Both the position numbers and the translations under genes were made by a program. DNA of 64,000 nucleotides from Nannocystis pusilla (lineage in GTDB: Bacteria > Myxococcota_A > Polyangia > Nannocystales > Nannocystaceae), in the NCBI RefSeq assembly GCF_020073745.1, contig NZ_JAIRAU010000047.1:221990-285989 (forward strand). Reading direction: 5' to 3'. The notes below the pieces were generated by a model that was not told the origin of the DNA, did not search any database, and saw nothing but the letters and a program-made list of their open reading frames with translations. Positions 53,336-62,949 of this stretch are shown piece after piece; the first letter of the stretch is position 1, and each line of letters begins with the position of its first letter.

Positions 53336-53342
53336 GACCCTC

Positions 53343-54329
53343 GTGAGCCCGCGCCTGCGCACCGCGCTCAAGCTGCTGCTCGGGCTCGGCCTGCTCGCCG
53401 GCCTGGTGTGGTGGCTCGTGCCCGGCGGCGACGAGCTGCGGGCCGCGTTCGCGCGCGCCCGGCTGCGGCCGGCGTGGCTCGGCGTGTGCTTGCTGGCGAC
53501 CTTCGTGGCTACCTTCGTCACCAGCGCGCGCTGGCGGCTGATGGCCGAGTCGATGGGCGGCAACCGCCTGCCGCACATCGCCTACTTCCACAGCCTGGCG
53601 CTGACGAAGATCCTCGGCCAGGTCAGCTCGACGTTCGTCATGGACATCGTCGGCCGCGGCGTGGTCTTGCGGGCCGCCGGCTCGCAGCGCGGCCTCGGCC
53701 ACGCCATCACCCAGGCCGTGCTCGAGCGGGTGTTCGACGTCGTGCTGCCGGCCATGATGCTCGCCTGGGCCGTGGTCGTCTGGCGCGGCGGCTTCGCCGG
53801 CGCGGCCGCGATCGGCTCGTTCGCCGGCGTGTGCCTGCTGTTCGCCGCGTTCGCCGCCGTCTTCCTGGCCCCGCTGACGCGCCTGGCCCTGCGCGCCTAC
53901 GCGGCCGCCCGCGCCCTGCGGGCCCGGCTCCGCCGCGTCGCCGTCGAGGACCCCGAGCTCGCCCCGCCCGTCGTCGACCGCCGCCTCGCCGTGCAGATCG
54001 GCGCCTACAGCCTGCTGCGCTACCTCGCGTCCATGCTGATGTCGTGGTCGACCGCCGCCGGGATCGGCGTCGACTTCACCTTCTTCCAGATCGCCGCCGC
54101 CACCCCGCTCGGCCAGTTCGCCGGCATGCTCGGCGTCACCCCCGGCTCGCTCGGGATCCAGGAGGTCGGCTGGGCCGGCGGCTTCAAGTGGGTCGGGGCC
54201 GACGACGCCGCGATCGTGCTGTTCGTCCTCAGCCTGCGCCTCGTCACGACCGCCTCGTTCGCCGTGCTCGTGCTCGTCAGCTGGCCGCTGCTCCGCCGCA
54301 GCCGCCCCGCCGCCCCGCCGCCCGCCTGA
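53343..54329 (+). CDS. LPG-synthase-TM-domain family membrane protein, paralog 2
   Basis: GTG start; same topology as the upstream paralog. Confidence 0.6.
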   Translation: MSPRLRTALKLLLGLGLLAGLVWWLVPGGDELRAAFARARLRPAWLGVCLLATFVATFVTSARWRLMAESMGGNRLPHIAYFHSLALTKILGQVSSTFVMDIVGRGVVLRAAGSQRGLGHAITQAVLERVFDVVLPAMMLAWAVVVWRGGFAGAAAIGSFAGVCLLFAAFAAVFLAPLTRLALRAYAAARALRARLRRVAVEDPELAPPVVDRRLAVQIGAYSLLRYLASMLMSWSTAAGIGVDFTFFQIAAATPLGQFAGMLGVTPGSLGIQEVGWAGGFKWVGADDAAIVLFVLSLRLVTTASFAVLVLVSWPLLRRSRPAAPPPA

Positions 54330-54380
54330 ACGCCTCTTCGGACATGTCCGTCACGACATGTCCAGGAAAACATCACGGCG
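54330..54380. repeat. Motif array abutting the sulfatase stop codon
   Basis: cttcggacatgtccgtcacgacatgtccagg (two exact or near-exact GGACATGTCC). Confidence 0.8.
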
Positions 54381-56373
54381 TGACGATGTTGAACGCCTGC
54401 GGGAACTGATCGAGCAGGCCGAAGAGCTCCTCGACCGCCGCCCGGTTCCCGCGCAGCTTCAGCGCCCCGGCGGCGATCGCCTGGTCGAGCGACGTCTCGC
54501 CCGCCTGCAGCGCGATCAGCGTCATCTTCGACAGCGCCAGGCTCGCGTCGGCGTCGGCGACCTCGGCCGAGCGTCGCCCGTAGTTCAGCACCCCGTGCGC
54601 GACCGTCAGCTCGTAGCGCTCCTTGGGCTCGGTGAAGTGGATGTCGAGCTTGAGCCGGGTCGCGGCCGCGCGCGCGCCGTTGAGGCGGACGGCCATGAGG
54701 TCGAACAGCAGCGCCGGCGTCAGCGCGCGCAGCGTGTCCGGCCCGGCCGTCTGGGCCGCCGAGCCGCTCGGCACGCCCTGGCGCAGCTCGAAGGCGCCTT
54801 GCAGGTACACCGCGCGCCACGGCCCCGACTCCGCCTGGTAGCCCAATTGCTCGTAGGCGTCGGCCAGCAGCTCCTTGCCGGCCGCGCTGTCGGGGTTGGC
54901 GAACACCACGTGGCGCAGCACCTCGGCGACCCAGCGGTACTCCCCGCGCTCGAAGTCGGCGCGGGCCCGCTCGATCGCCGCCGCCTCGCCGCCCATGTAC
55001 TCGACGTACTTGCGGGCCGCCGGCTCCTGCGGCAGCACGTCGAGGTCCGACGGGTTGCCGCTGTAGAAGCCCATGTATCGCTGATACACCGCTCGCGCGT
55101 TGTGGCGCACCGTCCCGTAGTAGCCGCGGTTCGGCCAGTACTGCGCCAGGTCGGGCGGCAATTGCAGGTACTCCGCGATCTCCGGGCCCACGTAGCCGAA
55201 GTTCAGCATGTGCACCGATTGATCGTGGATGTACTTGTACAGGTCGCGCTGCTTCTCGAGGTACGAGCGCACGTTGGCCTTGCCCCACATCGGCCAGTGG
55301 TGGGCTTGGAACTTGACCTCGATCGCGTCGCCGTACAGCCCGATCGTCTCGTCGATGTACTTGGCCCACGCCAGCGCGTCGCGCACCTGCGCCCCGCGCA
55401 GCGTCAGGACGTTGTGCAGCGTGTGCGTCGTGTTCTCGGCCATCCACATCGCCCTGAACTGCGGGAAGTAGGTGTTCATCTCGGCCGGCGCCTCGGTGTT
55501 GGGCGTCAGCTGGAACACCATCTTCACCCCGTCGATCGTCAGCTCCTGGCCCGTCTTCGTGATCGACTGCGTCGGCGCGATCAGCGACACCGTGCCGCTC
55601 GCGTTCGCCATGCCGAGCCCGCTGCCCACCGTGCCCTGTGGGTCGCGGGGCAGGAACGTCCCGTACATGTACGCCGCGCGGCGAGTCATCGCCGGGCCCG
55701 CGAGCACCATCTCGCTCACCGCGTGGGCGAGGAAGCCCTCCGGCGCGATGATCCGCACCCGTCCCGCGCGCACCGCGGCCTCGTCGACCAGCCCGCGCAC
55801 GCCCCCGTAATGATCGGGGTGCGAATGGCTGTAGATCACGGCCACGATCGGTCGGTCGCCGAGGTGCTGCTTCACCAGCGCGTGCGCGGCCCTCGCCGTC
55901 TCGACGGTGAGCAGCGGGTCCATCACGATCCACCCGCGGTCGCCCTTGATGAACGTGATGTTCGCCAGGTCGAAGCCGCGCACCTGATAGACCCGCTCGG
56001 TCACCTTGAACAGGCCGTAGATCAAGTTCAGCTGCGATTGTCGCCACAGGCTCGGATTGACCGTGTCGGGCGCCGGCGCGTCGCGGCGGATGAACTTCTT
56101 GAACGGCTCGAGGTCCCACACCACATTACCGTCGCCGTCGGTGATGGTCAGCGTGTGCGGGCGGGCGATGAGCCCGCGCTCGGCGTCCTCGAAGTCGGCG
56201 CGGTCCGAGAACGGCAGCGACTGCAGCAGCGCCGCGTTGGCCCGCCGCGTCGCCTCGGTCGCCGGCTTCGGCCCGTTCGGCGCCGCGGCCAGGCCCGCGT
56301 ACGTCACACCGGCCAGCAGCAATCCGAGGGCGACGAACCAGATCCGCGAGACGTGAGCTCTCCGTGGCTGCAT
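54373..56373 (-). CDS. Alkyl/aryl-sulfatase (SdsA1/BDS1 type; MBL fold + SCP2 domain), secreted
   Basis: Metallo-beta-lactamase HSHPDHYGG; dimerisation and SCP2 C-terminal regions; signal peptide from ATG 56371-56373. Confidence 0.85.
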   Translation of the reverse strand: MQPRRAHVSRIWFVALGLLLAGVTYAGLAAAPNGPKPATEATRRANAALLQSLPFSDRADFEDAERGLIARPHTLTITDGDGNVVWDLEPFKKFIRRDAPAPDTVNPSLWRQSQLNLIYGLFKVTERVYQVRGFDLANITFIKGDRGWIVMDPLLTVETARAAHALVKQHLGDRPIVAVIYSHSHPDHYGGVRGLVDEAAVRAGRVRIIAPEGFLAHAVSEMVLAGPAMTRRAAYMYGTFLPRDPQGTVGSGLGMANASGTVSLIAPTQSITKTGQELTIDGVKMVFQLTPNTEAPAEMNTYFPQFRAMWMAENTTHTLHNVLTLRGAQVRDALAWAKYIDETIGLYGDAIEVKFQAHHWPMWGKANVRSYLEKQRDLYKYIHDQSVHMLNFGYVGPEIAEYLQLPPDLAQYWPNRGYYGTVRHNARAVYQRYMGFYSGNPSDLDVLPQEPAARKYVEYMGGEAAAIERARADFERGEYRWVAEVLRHVVFANPDSAAGKELLADAYEQLGYQAESGPWRAVYLQGAFELRQGVPSGSAAQTAGPDTLRALTPALLFDLMAVRLNGARAAATRLKLDIHFTEPKERYELTVAHGVLNYGRRSAEVADADASLALSKMTLIALQAGETSLDQAIAAGALKLRGNRAAVEELFGLLDQFPQAFNIVTP

Positions 56374-56647
56374 ACGCCCACGATGGCCGAGGACCGCGCC
56401 CGCGCCAGTGACCGCGCCGCCTGCTCGTCGCGGCCCACGCCGCCGCGGAGGCCGCCGCGCCGGCAATCACCACACATGACCTTGGAGACATCTCGGAAGA
56501 CCTCCGCCGCGGGCGGACGAGGTCGAGGCGTCGAGCCGCGCGCAGGCGGGCCGAAACGCCCCTCGCGGTCGTCGGCGCCGCGGCCGGCGCCGGTACGGTG
56601 AAGGTCCAGGTGCGGCCGTCTGAGCCTGTCCCGACAGACAGGCGTCG

Positions 56648-58684
56648 TCAGGGCGCGACCAGGATCCGCGCCGAGCGGGCCGGCACCGTCACCATCGGCC
56701 CCTCGACCATCTCGCCGGTCAGCTCGTCCTTCAGCGTCATCGCCGGCAGGTTGCCGACCGACTTGTCCGCGTCGCTGCGGTTGACGGCCACCGTCACCGT
56801 CTCGCCCTCGCCGGACATCGAGTAGGCGAAGCTGTCGGCGTCGGCGCCGAGGCGCGTGTACGACCCGCGGCGCAGCGCCGGGTGGGCCGCGCGGATCGCC
56901 CCCAGATCCTGGATATGACCCAAGAGCCAGGTCTGCCCCGCCGAGTAGCCGTCCCACTGCATGAAGCGGCGGTTGTCGGGGTCGCCGGCGCCGGGCATGC
57001 CGACCTCGTCGCCGTAGTACACCAGCGGCGCGCCGAGCGACGTGTAGAGCATCGTGAAGCTCAGCCCCAGGCGCTCGAACGCCGCGGCGCCGCCCGGCAG
57101 CCCCGGCTTGTTGTCCCACGCCCGGTCCTTGCCGTCGGCCCACTGGTTGTTCCACAGCGGCGAGTCCTCGGCCAGGTGGATCGCGCGCGGGATGTCGTGG
57201 TTGCCGATGAACGTGCTCATCACCGCCGCCCCGCCGTTGTAATAATTATTGTTGGCGTCGTAGAAGTCGGCCAGCTCCGTCATCGAGCCCTGGCGCATCA
57301 GCACGTTGTAGGCCATCTGCATGCGCAACGGGAAGTCGAACTGGCCGTCGAGCTTGTCGCAGCCGACGTACTTGTTGATGGTCGGCTTGTCGCCCGTGAA
57401 CGTCTCGCCGACCATGTAGAAGTGCTGACCCGACATCGGCTCGACGTCGGCCTGGACGCGCGCGCGCAGGTCGGTCAGCCACTCGATCTTGATGTGCTTG
57501 ACCGCGTCGAGGCGGAACCCGTCGGCGCCGGTGTCCATGATCCACTGGATCGCGTTGTCGATCGAGAATTCGCGGGCCGCCTGGTTGCTGAAGTCGAAGT
57601 CGGGCAGGTAGTCGGTGAACCAGCAGCGCTCGCCGTCGGCCCCGTCCCACGAGCAGCCGGCCCCGCACACGCAATCGCCGCCGCTCCCGTTGTCGTTGGG
57701 GTTGAACCAGTCGGGGTTGTCGGCGTAGACCGGCGCGCTGATGTGCACGTGGTTCATCGCGTAGTCGAGGATCACCTTGAGGTCGGCCGCGTGGGCCGCC
57801 GCCACCAGCGCCTGCAGTTCCGCCAGCGTGCCGAAGTGCTCCTCGGTCTGCGTCAGGTCGGTCGGCCAGTAGCCGTGGTACGCGCTGTACAGGTGCCCGT
57901 CGGTGCCGAGGCCGTCGTCCGAGGTGTTGTTCATCGGCACCGTCAGCCACAGCGTGTTGATCCCGAGCTCGGTGAAGTACCCCTCCTCGATCTTCGCCGT
58001 CACCCCGGCCCAGTCGCCGCCCTGCCAGTCGGCCGCCGTCTCCACCCCGATCAGCGCGTCGTTGCCCGGATTGCCGTTGTTGAAGCGGTCGACGAACACG
58101 AAGTAGATCACCGCGTCGCGCCAGTCGAACTGGCCCTCCTGCGGCGCCCCGCACGAGGCCGCCTCGCAGGTGAACGGGTCGCACGTCTTCGGCTCGAGCA
58201 CCGAGTTGTAGCCGCCGAACCCGTCGTCGACCTGCTCGGGGTTGTTCGGGTCGGGGATCCAGCTCATCGACCCGTCGATGCGCAGCTTGTACTGCACGGG
58301 CGTGTCCCACGGGACAGTCACCGTCACGCGCCAGGTCGTCCCGTCGCTCTTCATCGCCGCGCCCTTCGTCCACCCGTCGGGCGCGAAGCTCCCCATCACG
58401 TCGACCGACGTCTCGCCGTTGTCGGGGTGCGTGAATTCGTGGTCGCAACGCTTCAGCGCGTCGTCGCACATCGGCGGCGGCGGCTCGCCCGTGGTCGGCT
58501 CGCCGGTCGTCGGCTCGGGCCCTCCCGTGGCGTAGCCCGTCACGTTCCCGCCCTGCGACGGGTCGTACGGCATCGTGCTCGGCGGCATCGTCACCGAGTC
58601 CGTCGTCTCCGACATGAGCGGCGGATCGGTGCAGCCGACCCACAAGATCGAAAGGACAGGCAGGATCCGGTGCGAGCGCGACAC
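56648..58684 (-). CDS. Alpha-amylase family glycoside hydrolase (GH13), secreted/lipoprotein
   Basis: GH13 regions (DYAMNHV, GFRLDAVKHI, EXXXXXXXW, FIGNHD); GTG start gives signal LSILWVGCT. Confidence 0.85.
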   Translation of the reverse strand: MSRSHRILPVLSILWVGCTDPPLMSETTDSVTMPPSTMPYDPSQGGNVTGYATGGPEPTTGEPTTGEPPPPMCDDALKRCDHEFTHPDNGETSVDVMGSFAPDGWTKGAAMKSDGTTWRVTVTVPWDTPVQYKLRIDGSMSWIPDPNNPEQVDDGFGGYNSVLEPKTCDPFTCEAASCGAPQEGQFDWRDAVIYFVFVDRFNNGNPGNDALIGVETAADWQGGDWAGVTAKIEEGYFTELGINTLWLTVPMNNTSDDGLGTDGHLYSAYHGYWPTDLTQTEEHFGTLAELQALVAAAHAADLKVILDYAMNHVHISAPVYADNPDWFNPNDNGSGGDCVCGAGCSWDGADGERCWFTDYLPDFDFSNQAAREFSIDNAIQWIMDTGADGFRLDAVKHIKIEWLTDLRARVQADVEPMSGQHFYMVGETFTGDKPTINKYVGCDKLDGQFDFPLRMQMAYNVLMRQGSMTELADFYDANNNYYNGGAAVMSTFIGNHDIPRAIHLAEDSPLWNNQWADGKDRAWDNKPGLPGGAAAFERLGLSFTMLYTSLGAPLVYYGDEVGMPGAGDPDNRRFMQWDGYSAGQTWLLGHIQDLGAIRAAHPALRRGSYTRLGADADSFAYSMSGEGETVTVAVNRSDADKSVGNLPAMTLKDELTGEMVEGPMVTVPARSARILVAP

Positions 58685-58894
58685 GCGGCCCCGAGGATGG
58701 CGCCTCGCCCGGCTCGCGGTCAAGCGCCCGGCCGCCTCCGACCCACGCCCGCCGACCTCGGGCCGCGGACGACCGGCCCCGACCGGCCCCGCCATTTACA
58801 TGTCTTTTAAAACATGTCGAATCAGCCAGACCGAGCGCTCCGTTGTCGCCTCCGCTGAGCATTTCTCGGCCCGGCGACGAGCGGGGCCCACGAC

Positions 58895-59095
58895 GCTCGC
58901 TGCAGGCGGGCACGGAGCGGCGGATTTGGGACGCCGGTGGGACGGAGACGCGGTTCAGCGCGCGCAGGCGCCCGTCCTCCGCGCGCGCGACGAACATGTC
59001 CTCAAGAGCATCTTGTCCCCAGCCAAGGCGCCGAGCACGTGAACCGGTGGGGGCCCGCCGAGCGAGGGGCCCAAATCCGCCGCTCCGTGCCCGCC
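58895..59095. mobile_element. ~200-bp MITE-like repeat with 26-bp terminal inverted repeats (copy 1)
   Basis: GGCGGGCACGGAGCGGCGGATTTGGG at 58895-58920 and its exact reverse complement at 59070-59095; ~90% identical second copy begins at ~63836 and is truncated by the window end. Confidence 0.55.
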
Positions 59096-59215
59096 GTCAC
59101 CCAGTTCTTCCGGGCCCCGCGCCTTCGCACGCGCCTTCCGGGCCCCCGCGCCTTCGCACGCGCCAAGCCCAGTTCTTCCGGGTTCCGCGCCTTCGCACGC
59201 GCCAAGCTCAGCCGC
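59095..59215. repeat. 37-bp tandem repeat x3 (ttcttccgggccccgcgccttcgcacgcgccaagcccag)
   Basis: Three consecutive copies with minor substitutions directly 3' of the MITE-like element. Confidence 0.7.
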
Positions 59216-59217
59216 GT

Positions 59218-60135
59218 TCACCCCGGCCCGAAGTCCTGGCGATAGCTACCGCGCTCGATGTCCTCGACCAGCCCCGGCCGCGACGGACGCCAGCCGAGCG
59301 CCCGCGCGTGCGTCGCTCGCACCCGGCTGTTGGACGCCAGGCCCAGGGCCGCAGCCTCCTCGCCGAGCGCCGCGATCGCCTCGGCCAGCGGCCACGACGT
59401 CGTGCGGTCGCCGAACCCGAGCAGGTGCGCGATCGCCAGCGCCACCTCGCGCAGCGACGTCTCGCCGTTCTCCGCGAAGAAGAAGCTGCCGGGCTCGGCC
59501 TTGTCGATCACCAGCGTGTACAGGTCGACGAGGTCGTCGATGTGCACGTTCGACCAGATGTTGCGACCTTCGCCGATGTACACCCCCGCGCCGCGCTGCT
59601 GCGACTCGCGGATCAGCATCGGCACCTGGATCGAGTCGCGCTTGCTGCCGGTGCCGCGGCCGTAGATCATCGTCGGGCACACCACGACGCTGCAGACCCC
59701 CTGGTGGGCCGCGTCGCGGACGAAGCGGTCGATGGCCACGCGCGCCGCCTTCGCCGGCACCGGCGTGAACGGCGAGTCGTCGGTGAACACCTGCTCCGAC
59801 CGCTCGCCCGTGCCGACCTCGGCCACGATCGACGACCCGCTGGTGTGTACCAGCGTCTTGCCGCTCCCGCGCATCCCGGCGACCAGCGCCTCGACCGCCG
59901 GGCGGTGGTCCGCGTCCGCCGTGCTGATCACCAGGTCGGCCGCGTCGGCCAGGCGCACCAGGAGGTCCGTATCGTCGAGCCCGCCGATCACCGGCCGCAC
60001 GCCCGTCGCCTCCACCCGGACCGCGCTCGCCGGATCGCGGACCAGGCCCGTCACCTCGTAGCCGTCCTGCACCAGCCGTCGCGCCACCGAGCCGCCGATA
60101 TAACCGGAAACACCTGTCACAAATGCACGCTTCAT
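59218..60135 (-). CDS. NAD(P)-dependent epimerase/dehydratase (NmrA/SDR-like)
   Basis: Rossmann motif VTGVSGYIGGSVARRL; ATG at 60133-60135. Confidence 0.8.
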   Translation of the reverse strand: MKRAFVTGVSGYIGGSVARRLVQDGYEVTGLVRDPASAVRVEATGVRPVIGGLDDTDLLVRLADAADLVISTADADHRPAVEALVAGMRGSGKTLVHTSGSSIVAEVGTGERSEQVFTDDSPFTPVPAKAARVAIDRFVRDAAHQGVCSVVVCPTMIYGRGTGSKRDSIQVPMLIRESQQRGAGVYIGEGRNIWSNVHIDDLVDLYTLVIDKAEPGSFFFAENGETSLREVALAIAHLLGFGDRTTSWPLAEAIAALGEEAAALGLASNSRVRATHARALGWRPSRPGLVEDIERGSYRQDFGPG

Positions 60136-60227
60136 CTCGCTGCTCCTGTGCCGCGAGCATGGTGTGTTCCTGCGCAGCATGGTAGTGTGATTCCTGGCAC
60201 ACCATCTGTGCCTGAAAGGCAAACCTC
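60136..60227. promoter_or_regulatory. Divergent LysR-type intergenic region with inverted repeats
   Basis: ATGGTGTG ... CACACCAT (8-bp inverted repeat) and GGCACA-ccatct-GTGCC between the epimerase and LysR starts. Confidence 0.4.
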
Positions 60228-61115
60228 GTGGACCTGTCGCCGCAACTCCACGCGTTCGTCCGCAGCGTGCGGGCGGGCAGCTTCAGCGCCGCCGCGCGCG
60301 AGGCCGGCACCACCCCCTCGGCCTTCAGCAAGCAGGTCGCGCGGCTCGAGCAGAAGCTCGGCGTACCGCTGGTCGTGCGCAGCGGCCAGGGTCTGCAGCC
60401 GACCCTTGAGGGCGAGGCCCTGTTCGCGCGGGTGCAGCGGGCCTTCGACGACATCACCGACGCCTGCGAGGAGGCCGCCCGGGCCACCGGCCCGCGCGGG
60501 CAGGTCCGCCTGAGCGCCCCGGTCGAGCTCGGCCACGCCTGGCTGGTCCCGCGCCTGCCCGCCCTGCACCGCGCGCACCCGCAGATCGCCGTCGCGCTCG
60601 AGCTCGCCGATCGCTTCGTCGACCTGCACGCCGAGCAATTCGACCTCGCCTTGCGCGTCGGCGGCGACGGCGACGGCCGGCTCGTCCAGCGGCGGCTCGG
60701 TCGCCTGCGCCGCTGCTTCTGCGCCACCCCGGCCTACCTCAAGGCCCACGGCGTCCCGCGCACCCCCGAGGCCCTCGCGGGTCACCGCCTGCTCGCCATC
60801 CTCCGCGCCGGCCGGCGCGTCGTCTGGGAGCTGCCCGGCGGCGGCCGCCTCACCCCGCAGGGCCCCGTCGCCAGCGACAGCAACGAGGCCCTGCGCCAGC
60901 TCGTCCTCGCCGGCATGGGCATCGCCTGGCTGCCCGACGTCACGATCGCCGTCGACCTCAAGCGCGGCGCCCTGCGCCAGCTCTTCGCCGACACCCCCGA
61001 GGAGCCCGGCCTGCCGATCCAGCTCGTGTTCCCGCAGAGCCGCCTGCTCGCCCCGCGCGTCCGCGCCGTCGTCGACTTCCTCGTCGCCGCCGCCCGCAGC
61101 ACCATGTCCGCATGA
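60228..61115 (+). CDS. LysR family transcriptional regulator
   Basis: N-terminal HTH (LHAFVRSVRAGSFSAAAREAGTTPSAFSKQVARLE) + LysR substrate-binding domain; divergent to the epimerase. Confidence 0.85.
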   Translation: MDLSPQLHAFVRSVRAGSFSAAAREAGTTPSAFSKQVARLEQKLGVPLVVRSGQGLQPTLEGEALFARVQRAFDDITDACEEAARATGPRGQVRLSAPVELGHAWLVPRLPALHRAHPQIAVALELADRFVDLHAEQFDLALRVGGDGDGRLVQRRLGRLRRCFCATPAYLKAHGVPRTPEALAGHRLLAILRAGRRVVWELPGGGRLTPQGPVASDSNEALRQLVLAGMGIAWLPDVTIAVDLKRGALRQLFADTPEEPGLPIQLVFPQSRLLAPRVRAVVDFLVAAARSTMSA

Positions 61116-61180
61116 ACATGTCCTTGTCGCCATGTTCCTCGGCGCGGCGCGCAGCGAAGCCTGCACGAACCTGTCCCGAG
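61110..61180. repeat. Motif array 3' of the LysR regulator gene
   Basis: accatgtccgcatgaacatgtccttgtcgccatgttcctcg ... gaacctgtcccgag. Confidence 0.75.
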
Positions 61181-61228
61181 GGCCATATTACACGCACGCC
61201 GACAATGCCCTTTTCGTAATTCAGATCA

Positions 61229-61245
61229 CCAAACTTGCAGTTTGG
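61229..61245. promoter_or_regulatory. Inverted repeat CCAAACT-tgc-AGTTTGG in an AT-richer leader
   Basis: 7-bp arms; followed by GTGATAGTTT (-10-like) about 35 bp upstream of the 61281 start. Confidence 0.35.
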
Positions 61246-61280
61246 CGGTAACGGCGCCTCCGTGATAGTTTCGGCCGGAC

Positions 61281-61886
61281 ATGACCGTCGATCCGGCACG
61301 TTTCGGGCGCACGGCCGCCGTCCTGGCCCGCGGCCCGCTCGGCCTGCTCGCGCTGTGCCTCGTGTTCTCGTACGGCGTCGCCAACATGTTCGGCAGCCTC
61401 GCCGTCGCCCACCTCACCCCCGGGCAGCGCGACGTCCTGCTCGGATTCGTGGTCGTGTTCCCGTTCGTCGTGTTCGCCGGGCTGTTCCGCCTGATCACCC
61501 ACCATCACACCAAGCTCTACGCCCCCGCCGACTTCCGCGACGAGCGCCACTTCGTCGCCGTCGGCCGCCCGTCGCCCGGGCGCCTCACCCCCGTCAGCCC
61601 GCCGGCGCTCGTCGAGCCGGTCGTCCACGGCGACGACTTCGTCATGATCGACGTCGCCCCGCCGGCCAACACCGCCCCGCGCGCCCTGTCCGGCTTCTGG
61701 ACCCGCGCCGGCGAGACCTACTACGTCACCCGCCAGGGCCGCGTCTACCTCCTGCGCTCCCCCGCCCAGCAGGCCCAGATCACCCGCGTCGACGCCCTCC
61801 CCGACGGCTGCAGCCCGATCGCCAGCCAGCACTGCGACTCCGCCCTGTGCGCCCTCGCGGAGGTCGCCGACTCGCGCGCCGGCTGA
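61281..61886 (+). CDS. Hypothetical membrane protein
   Basis: Two N-terminal TM helices; protein-like and non-R-rich. Confidence 0.5.
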   Translation: MTVDPARFGRTAAVLARGPLGLLALCLVFSYGVANMFGSLAVAHLTPGQRDVLLGFVVVFPFVVFAGLFRLITHHHTKLYAPADFRDERHFVAVGRPSPGRLTPVSPPALVEPVVHGDDFVMIDVAPPANTAPRALSGFWTRAGETYYVTRQGRVYLLRSPAQQAQITRVDALPDGCSPIASQHCDSALCALAEVADSRAG

Positions 61887-61922
61887 TTGAAAGTCTCCTC
61901 GGCTCGAGTCACCGTCACGGCA

Positions 61923-62177
61923 TCAGTCGGGCCAGGATCCCAATTCACCGCCATCCACGATGGCCTTGATCAACTCGTGCTTCCCCGCGAATCTGATGAA
62001 GACTCGCGCGAAGAACTCCAGATCGAAGTCACACGCTGGAGAGACGCCAGCTCGCGTCTCTTGCCAGAGAGCGGCGAACAACGCGCCCACCAGATCCCGC
62101 GTCTTCTCGTCGTCAATTTCGTCGATCAGAAGCACGGCCTCTTCCTGGCGGATCAAGACACCCTTCGCGTCGCTCAT
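61923..62177 (-). CDS. Small hypothetical protein (84 aa) in a lower-GC (~58%) patch; Walker-B-like LLIDEID
   Basis: AGGACGGAGAG SD + ATG (62175-62177); MSDAKGVLIRQEEAVLLIDEIDDEKTRDLVGALFAALWQE...; local GC clearly below the surroundings. Confidence 0.4.
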   Translation of the reverse strand: MSDAKGVLIRQEEAVLLIDEIDDEKTRDLVGALFAALWQETRAGVSPACDFDLEFFARVFIRFAGKHELIKAIVDGGELGSWPD

Positions 62178-62236
62178 CTCTCCGTCCTTTCGAGTCATCC
62201 ACCACGGCGGCGCTCCTCGCGGCCGCGGGGCGAGAT

Positions 62237-62872
62237 TCACCCTCCCGCCGCCCGCTCGCACCGCGCGGCGTAGCTGCGCATCAGCTCGGCGAGCTCTGGC
62301 GAGTGCTGCGGTTCGGCCGCCCGGAGCTCGCGCTCGAGCAGCGCGAGGCGCTCGTCGACAGCGAGGCCGCGGAGTTGTTCGGCGAGCTCTGCCAGCGCGC
62401 CGCCCTCGACGCCCAGTTCGTCCCGCGCCTCGACCTCGGCCGCGATCGCTCGCGCCTCGCCGGCGATCACCGCCTCGAGCTGCTGCGAGCACGGGACAGC
62501 TGGAGCGGGGAAGCGGTCGAGGCCATCGGCCACATGCTCGAGGAGGTGCACGATCCGTGCGATGCTCGCCGGCTCGGGCGCCGATCGATCGAGCACCAGC
62601 ACGCCTCCGGCGCGCACGCTGCCGAGCTCCCGGCCGCCGAAGCAGATCTTGTAGTCGCGCAGCCCCAGCCCCGCCAGCGCGCGTGCCCCCGAGCGGATGT
62701 TCGTCACGCCTTCGAGCAACGTCGCAGCGCGCCTCGGCTCGGCGACAGTCCCTTCGGGGCAGCCCGTCGTCGGGCTCGCGGCCCGATCCGCGCCCGCCAT
62801 CACCGGCGTGCCGCAGCCCGGCAGCGCCGTCGCCAGGACGAGGCACAGGACGCGATACCGGCGGGCATGCAC
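62237..62872 (-). CDS. Hypothetical lipoprotein
   Basis: Lipobox ALPGCG; helical C-terminal half; immediately upstream of the small gene. Confidence 0.5.
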   Translation of the reverse strand: MHARRYRVLCLVLATALPGCGTPVMAGADRAASPTTGCPEGTVAEPRRAATLLEGVTNIRSGARALAGLGLRDYKICFGGRELGSVRAGGVLVLDRSAPEPASIARIVHLLEHVADGLDRFPAPAVPCSQQLEAVIAGEARAIAAEVEARDELGVEGGALAELAEQLRGLAVDERLALLERELRAAEPQHSPELAELMRSYAARCERAAGG

Positions 62873-62949
62873 GCTGCGATGATAACCTGCGAGCGGTCCC
62901 CCGCGCGGCCGCCGTTGCTGCCACCGCCGGCGACGTGTAGCATCGAACG

